Source: a virus
Virus record (IMG/VR): IMGVR_UViG_3300023109_002988
Span: 34,533-98,532 of that record
DNA: 64,000 nt
Reading direction: 5' to 3' (one strand)
A program made the position numbers and the translations under genes. This document shows, piece by piece, positions 58,877 to 64,000 of the stretch. The notes beneath the pieces are model-generated. The model was not told the origin of the DNA. It searched no databases and was given only the letters and a program-made list of their open reading frames with translations. The stretch's first letter is position 1, and every line of letters begins with the position of its first letter.

Positions 58877-59661
58877 TGAGTCACAGTCCTAAATCTCCAC
58901 CTTTAGCAAAAGCAACCGCTGATCTTCCAGATGTTGAAGACGGTGTGTTGGCTTATGATACCACACAGGGGAAGCCAGTAGCTAGATTAGCTGGTGTTTG
59001 GTCTGAGATCGCTGGCGAGGTTTTTGGAACACCTACTGTAGTATATGATGATGGTGCTGGTATTGGTAATACAGACCAAATCCAAGGTGATATACCATAC
59101 AGCTGGAAAAGATATGACACATCTTTAAAAGGATTGGTTATTGGAAATTCTTGCACTAGAATTCCAAAATTTGCTTTTGAAGGTTGCACTGGCTTGACTG
59201 GTTCTTTAGTCATCCCAGATAGTGTTACTTATATTAATGACAATGCTTTTGCTTTCTGTCAAGGTTTTGACGGGCGATTAACTCTTAGTGACAACCTCCT
59301 TAGAATTGGATATCAAGCTTTTAGATCAAATTCATCGTCGCAGATGATTTATACTGGAGAACTTATTGTTAATGCTGAAATATTAGGCGGTCAATGCTTC
59401 TATGGATTAGGTATAACGAATTTAACAATAGGGGAAAAATTAAAAACTATAGAAGGAAATTCTAACTTTTCGTATTGCATGAACTTGACTAATGCAAATT
59501 GTTACGTTACAAAAGACGTAATAGACCAAGAAAGCGCTGGCATGTTTGAACTTACTTCACTCTCGACATTCCACGTTCGTTCTACCGACAACACTTGGAC
59601 AGCTGGTCCTAATCAGACTATTGGGTTAAAAACAGGTGTCCTCGTAATTAAAGATTTATAA
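58876..59661 (+). CDS. Capped short LRR protein, paralogue 1
   Basis: MSH..PP, DQIQGDIP..WK, LKGLVIG.SC, LRRs, HVRSTDNTWTAG..VIKDL. Confidence 0.8.
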   Translation: MSHSPKSPPLAKATADLPDVEDGVLAYDTTQGKPVARLAGVWSEIAGEVFGTPTVVYDDGAGIGNTDQIQGDIPYSWKRYDTSLKGLVIGNSCTRIPKFAFEGCTGLTGSLVIPDSVTYINDNAFAFCQGFDGRLTLSDNLLRIGYQAFRSNSSSQMIYTGELIVNAEILGGQCFYGLGITNLTIGEKLKTIEGNSNFSYCMNLTNANCYVTKDVIDQESAGMFELTSLSTFHVRSTDNTWTAGPNQTIGLKTGVLVIKDL

Positions 59662-59675
59662 TATAAAAAAACAAA

Positions 59676-60260
59676 ATGAAATACGCAATAACAGACGAAA
59701 GAGGTCACATTTACGAAGTTCAAGACACCGAACCAACCGAAGAACAGTTGGGTGGTTATCTTGTTTCTCATGAAATTTCTGATGAAGATGCGGCTACTGT
59801 TGAGGCTAGTTCTGAAAGGATGTGGTATATTGGTGGTGTTCTTTACGACTTCGATGGATATATCTATCGCAGTAAAAGAGACTACATGAATGAGAAGATT
59901 GATAGAGACTTCAGTGGCGACATTGATGGCGCTAAGAATCTTCTTAGAGATCACTTTTCAGAGAAGAGATACGATGTAGAAGTTGGCGGTCTTGATATGG
60001 GTGGGCTTGCAGTTAGAACTGACAGGCATACAGTTTCTAGAATTTATCAAGCAGAATCACTGACTACAGCTGACCCCACTTTCACTACAGATTGGAAGCT
60101 TGGTAATGGATCATTCATTACTATTGACGCAACTTTAATCGGTCAACTTTCGGCAGCAATCACAGCACACATTCAATCTTCATTTGCTCAAGAGAAAGCA
60201 GTAAACTCATCTATCGATGCAGCCACCACTATTGACGAGCTTAAATCTATAGAATGGTAA
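59676..60260 (+). CDS. DUF4376-like tail-fibre-associated protein
   Basis: RYDVEVGG..RTD..WK..NG.F..HIQSSF..E..IDAATTIDELKSIEW. Confidence 0.8.
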   Translation: MKYAITDERGHIYEVQDTEPTEEQLGGYLVSHEISDEDAATVEASSERMWYIGGVLYDFDGYIYRSKRDYMNEKIDRDFSGDIDGAKNLLRDHFSEKRYDVEVGGLDMGGLAVRTDRHTVSRIYQAESLTTADPTFTTDWKLGNGSFITIDATLIGQLSAAITAHIQSSFAQEKAVNSSIDAATTIDELKSIEW

Positions 60261-60261
60261 T

Positions 60262-61068
60262 ATGAGTCACACCTCAAATAATCCTCCAGTAAAATACGCA
60301 GCCTCAGATCTTCCTAATGATCTGGCAGAAGGAACTGTTGCTTATGATACAACCAATCAAAAGATGGTTGCTTTTAAGCAGGGTGCTTGGGGAGATTTGG
60401 GTGGCGCTGGTGGAATAGGAAGTACAACATATGTTAGAGGTAATGCGGCTGGGGTGATTGACCAAATCAAAGGTGATATACCAGCAGAATGGAAACGCAG
60501 CGACAATTCTTTGCGTGGTTTGGTTATTGGTACTAGCTGTAAAGCAATTGGCAAAAGAGCTTTTCAGTCTGTTGTTTATTTGAGAGGGCGAATTGTAATT
60601 CCAGGTAGCGTTAAAACTATTGCGTTTAACGCTTTTAGTAATACTGCCATTGATGAACTTCATCTAGAGCCTGGATTGGAATATATAGGTTCAAATTGTT
60701 TTTACAACAACGGTAATTTAATTAATAATTTAATACTTCCAGATGGATTAAAAGAGATTGCTTCGATAGCTTTTGGCTCCACTGGTATTTCGTATCTTAA
60801 AATACCACCAAGTGTCAATAAACTGAATTTTTCTGAGCCTGGCTGGGCTGGCGGTGGTTATCAAGGTTCTTTTGCGGGAATGTATCTTTTAACTAGGGTT
60901 GATTGCTATGTCACTAAAAACATCATTGATATGAATGAAGGTCGCTGTTTTGCTGGTTGTGACAGCCTCACCGAAATACATGTTCGCTCTACCGACAGCA
61001 CTTGGACAGCTGGTTCTGGTCAAACCGTCGGAGGAAAGACAGGCATCACAGTAATTAAAGATTTATAA
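60262..61068 (+). CDS. Capped short LRR protein, paralogue 2
   Basis: Same N- and C-caps as paralogue 1, different LRR core. Confidence 0.8.
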   Translation: MSHTSNNPPVKYAASDLPNDLAEGTVAYDTTNQKMVAFKQGAWGDLGGAGGIGSTTYVRGNAAGVIDQIKGDIPAEWKRSDNSLRGLVIGTSCKAIGKRAFQSVVYLRGRIVIPGSVKTIAFNAFSNTAIDELHLEPGLEYIGSNCFYNNGNLINNLILPDGLKEIASIAFGSTGISYLKIPPSVNKLNFSEPGWAGGGYQGSFAGMYLLTRVDCYVTKNIIDMNEGRCFAGCDSLTEIHVRSTDSTWTAGSGQTVGGKTGITVIKDL

Positions 61069-61069
61069 T

Positions 61070-61705
61070 ATGTCGCACACATCTAAATTCCCACCATTAA
61101 AATACACTACCGCAACTCTTCCCACGGATTTGCCAGTGGGTACTGTTTCTCTTGACACTACCACAAACGAGCATAAATCTTTTAACGGATCATCGTGGGA
61201 TGCTATAGAAGGAGGTGGTGACATTGGAACTGCAACTATTGTTTTTGATTCTACTGGTCCAGCTTATGATCAAATCGCAGGAGATATACCAGATAATTGG
61301 AAGAAGACTGACTCATCTTTAAAAGGATTGGTTATTGGAACGAGTTGTGCGACTATTGGTGACCTTGCCTTTTTTAATTGCACTGGCTTAGTTGGTTCTT
61401 TAGTGATCCCAGATAGCGTGATAACTATTGGTGAAAGTGCTTTTGATTCTTTGTGGGGCTTAACTGGACCTTTAACTATTGGCTCTGGTGTTGAGGAAGT
61501 CGGTGATCTTGCTTTTTTTGATTGTAATTACACAGAAATTAATTGCTATATTACTAGAGATGTTTTAAACAAAGCAAAGTCCCCTGTTACAAATAACAAA
61601 ACTATTCATGTAAGATCAGACGATAATACATGGACAGCTGGTTCTAGTCAAACTCTAGGCACAACTTGGATAAACACTGGTCTTACTGTAATTAAAGATT
61701 TATAG
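61070..61705 (+). CDS. Capped short LRR protein, paralogue 3 (fewer repeats)
   Basis: Same caps; 211 aa. Confidence 0.8.
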   Translation: MSHTSKFPPLKYTTATLPTDLPVGTVSLDTTTNEHKSFNGSSWDAIEGGGDIGTATIVFDSTGPAYDQIAGDIPDNWKKTDSSLKGLVIGTSCATIGDLAFFNCTGLVGSLVIPDSVITIGESAFDSLWGLTGPLTIGSGVEEVGDLAFFDCNYTEINCYITRDVLNKAKSPVTNNKTIHVRSDDNTWTAGSSQTLGTTWINTGLTVIKDL

Positions 61706-61706
61706 G

Positions 61707-61735
61707 TTGAAAAAACCCAATAGTTTCATTATAAT
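61707..61735 (+). promoter_or_regulatory. Sigma70-like promoter, leaderless geometry
   Basis: TTGAAA-N17-TATAAT-N5-ATG(61741). Confidence 0.7.
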
Positions 61736-61740
61736 GATTG

Positions 61741-63468
61741 ATGAATGAAGCTAAAAAACTACCAGTATTTTTTCACATTCCTAAGAATGCTGGAACTTAT
61801 GTTTACAACGTTTCGTTTCGTTTAATCAGCTCTAAACTTGATATCGGGGGCAGGTTGTATAACCTTCAAGTACAAAAGGGTGACCGTATAGTATATCGTT
61901 TGATTTGCTCTGCTAAAAATGGACTAAGCGACAAATATAAACTCATGAACAATGCGGGTTGGGTCGTTGTTCAGTACGATGATTTGAATTTAGATGATCT
62001 TAATCTGTATTTTGTGGAGGTATGTTCTTCTAGTTTTGGTTGTTATAAAGAAGAAGTGTATGGTAACCTGCCAAACGATACGGATCCTTATGAATTCCTG
62101 ATACTAAGAGAACCTTACAGTAGAATCTTGTCCATCTATAGCTATTTAACATCTCCTCAATCAGCGCATGAATTAACGAGCGGTTCTTTTGGAGATAAAA
62201 CATTTATAGAATATCTCAACTCAGATCAACTTGAGAATTCTTGGTTGATTAAATCTTTCTTGAACATACCTCATGATACCATAATAAATGAAGATCACTA
62301 TAGAGCTACCTGTGATATACTTGATGATATGTTTGTTTCTGACATGAGCGATACAGATCTTTGTCTTTCTAATGTATTTAACAAATGCTATGGTTTTAAG
62401 AATATAGATATACCAAACCAAAAGATACACTCTAATAAAACCAGCAAAAAAACAGAACAGCCGTTCAAAACTTTGGACAAACCCACGAAGATGCACTTTA
62501 GCAATCAAACAAAATGGGACAGATTGCTTTATGAAAAGTTTGCCAACAAGAAAATCATAGATAAAAAACAAACGAAAGGTAAGGTGATAAACTGCTTTTA
62601 TGAAGGTTCAAATGGCGGCTTTGGAGATTTCTTAAGGGGTTCTGTCAACTTATTTAACCACTGCATGAGTAAGGGGCGTGATTTTGATATAAATATAAAT
62701 AAACACCCAATTAAAAAATACTTCAAACCATCAGAAAGTATTCATGAACAATTTGATATAGATGATCTGGCTTTAAAAGCTGAAGGCATAAAGCACTTCA
62801 TACACTCTTTAAAAAAACTAACGCAAAACTGTATAATCTCAACCAAACAGCAAGAAACAAAATACATTTTTTCAAATTATCACCCATGCTTAACAGATGC
62901 CCGTGATATCATAAATTATTTGAATTTAATGCCACCGATTAACAATCGATGTTGTTCTTTTTTACAGAACAAGTTGCAGTTTTCTGGTGAGGTTAACGAT
63001 TCTGTTAGTAGTAAACTCAAGGAAGAGAGTTTGGAAGCAGGTAAGTTTAACATCATCCACTTTAGATTGGGAGATCAAAACAGTTTTTCTAATCATGGTA
63101 AAAATTTAGAAGAATTACACAAAGAATGTTTTGCTAAATGCTTCCTAAAATCAAATGAGGACGACAAGCCTATAATAGTTTTATCAGACTCAAACGATCT
63201 AAAAAAATACTTAAAAGAAAACAACAAATCATTACCAATTCACACCCTTCATTTACAAAGCAACCATATGCAAAGCAAGCCTTCTGGGTTTTCTGGTAAA
63301 ATTGAAACTACTGATCAGGGTGTTTTCCATGCTGTTTTTGATATGAAACTAATAACATTGGCAAATTCTGTGGAGTCGTATAGTGTATACAACCACGGAT
63401 CTGGTTTTGTTTATTGGATTGCTAAGATCTTTGGTGTTCCAGTCAAACTTAATTTAATTAAGCATTAA
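61741..63468 (+). CDS. Sulfotransferase-like domain fused to a NodZ/O-fucosyltransferase-like GT-B domain
   Basis: FFHIPKNAGT and LREPYSRILSIYSY (PAPS-binding motifs); GGFGDFLRG, IHFRLGD, VLSDS, D..LI..A..SGF. Confidence 0.72.
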   Translation: MNEAKKLPVFFHIPKNAGTYVYNVSFRLISSKLDIGGRLYNLQVQKGDRIVYRLICSAKNGLSDKYKLMNNAGWVVVQYDDLNLDDLNLYFVEVCSSSFGCYKEEVYGNLPNDTDPYEFLILREPYSRILSIYSYLTSPQSAHELTSGSFGDKTFIEYLNSDQLENSWLIKSFLNIPHDTIINEDHYRATCDILDDMFVSDMSDTDLCLSNVFNKCYGFKNIDIPNQKIHSNKTSKKTEQPFKTLDKPTKMHFSNQTKWDRLLYEKFANKKIIDKKQTKGKVINCFYEGSNGGFGDFLRGSVNLFNHCMSKGRDFDININKHPIKKYFKPSESIHEQFDIDDLALKAEGIKHFIHSLKKLTQNCIISTKQQETKYIFSNYHPCLTDARDIINYLNLMPPINNRCCSFLQNKLQFSGEVNDSVSSKLKEESLEAGKFNIIHFRLGDQNSFSNHGKNLEELHKECFAKCFLKSNEDDKPIIVLSDSNDLKKYLKENNKSLPIHTLHLQSNHMQSKPSGFSGKIETTDQGVFHAVFDMKLITLANSVESYSVYNHGSGFVYWIAKIFGVPVKLNLIKH

Positions 63469-63472
63469 ATAT

Positions 63473-64000
63473 ATGAGTTTTAAATACGGAAAAGATTTAA
63501 AAACATCTATATTAATTGTAACTTATGACAAGGATCTAGAATTTCTTAAGTATAGTTTAAAATCAATATCTAAGTTTTGCCGTCTTTATAATGAGGTTGT
63601 TGTCGTTATAGATGACCACGAAAATGATTGTGTGGAAACTAAAAAATATCTTGAATCTATTGGGCAGAAATACTTTATAAACAAAGAAGCCAAACATATA
63701 ACTAGAGGCTATATCAGGCAGCAATATATAAAACTATATTCTGAAAAATATTTTGACGAAAAAACTGATTTTGTGTGCCACTTAGACTCAGATAATATAT
63801 TTAATGAACTTAATTCGCCTGATGTTTTCTTTAAAGGGTGTAAACCTGTAATTGGTATGCAAAAGTGGGCTGAAATGCCTAATAATAATTTTGAGGAAAG
63901 CACTAACAAAACAGTTGGATTTGATGTCGATTATAATTTCATGAGAAGAATGCCATTGGTTTACCCAAGGTGTATTTTTAAAGAGCTAAGGGAATTTATT
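63473..64000 (+). CDS. GT-A-like protein (DUF6492-like), 3'-truncated by the window
   Basis: Open frame from ATG 63473: SILIVTYDKD..LKSI..GYIRQQYIKL..HLDSD. Confidence 0.65.
   Translation, partial: MSFKYGKDLKTSILIVTYDKDLEFLKYSLKSISKFCRLYNEVVVVIDDHENDCVETKKYLESIGQKYFINKEAKHITRGYIRQQYIKLYSEKYFDEKTDFVCHLDSDNIFNELNSPDVFFKGCKPVIGMQKWAEMPNNNFEESTNKTVGFDVDYNFMRRMPLVYPRCIFKELREFI

Noticed and set aside
58876-61705. Diversity-generating retroelement or invertase shufflon behind the LRR variation
   Set aside because: No reverse transcriptase, no template/variable repeat pair with adenine-specific mismatches, no recombinase, and all copies are in the same orientation.
1-64000. Stop-codon reassignment, tRNA or rRNA genes
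   Set aside because: ORFs tile densely under the standard code with TAA, TGA and TAG all used as stops; no tRNA cloverleaf or rRNA-like segment was recognised.
1-64000. Bacterial chromosome or eukaryotic giant-virus origin
   Set aside because: Lambda-like L/K/I/J tail genes, a phage sigma factor, dNMP kinase and compact overlapping operons without housekeeping context point to a tailed phage.

Overview
This AT-rich, gene-dense 64 kb segment is best read as part of a large tailed dsDNA bacteriophage with a lambda/T5-like non-contractile tail tip. Layout: (1) 1-13.9 kb, two giant BspA-type leucine-rich-repeat (LRR) proteins, one fused to a duplicated tail-tube-like domain. (2) 14-17.5 kb, minus-strand block with FmdB-like protein, Hsp20, GT4, SSB, a phage sigma factor and dNMP kinase. 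(3) A structured AT-rich divergent intergenic region, a candidate origin. (4) Class I (Id-like) RNR, then a glycan cluster (three GT2, GT6, two methyltransferases, GT11, Gmd). (5) Replication and recombination genes: RecA-like, DnaB, primase, PD-(D/E)XK nuclease, DnaE split into PHP, exonuclease and catalytic genes, a Clp ATPase and a Rad52-like protein. (6) A minus-strand tail-tip operon (gpL/K/I/J-like). (7) Small virion genes, three capped LRR paralogues, DUF4376, and a sulfotransferase-fucosyltransferase fusion. Most notable signals: a putative phage-encoded virion glycosylation system (many glycan enzymes, S/T-G dipeptide enrichment and an (SG)9 tract in virion proteins); an LRR repertoire with constant caps and variable cores; and three promoter classes (sigma70-like leaderless, sigma54, and a phage-specific GTGTA motif). 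All family assignments come from motif recognition by eye; no database searches were run.
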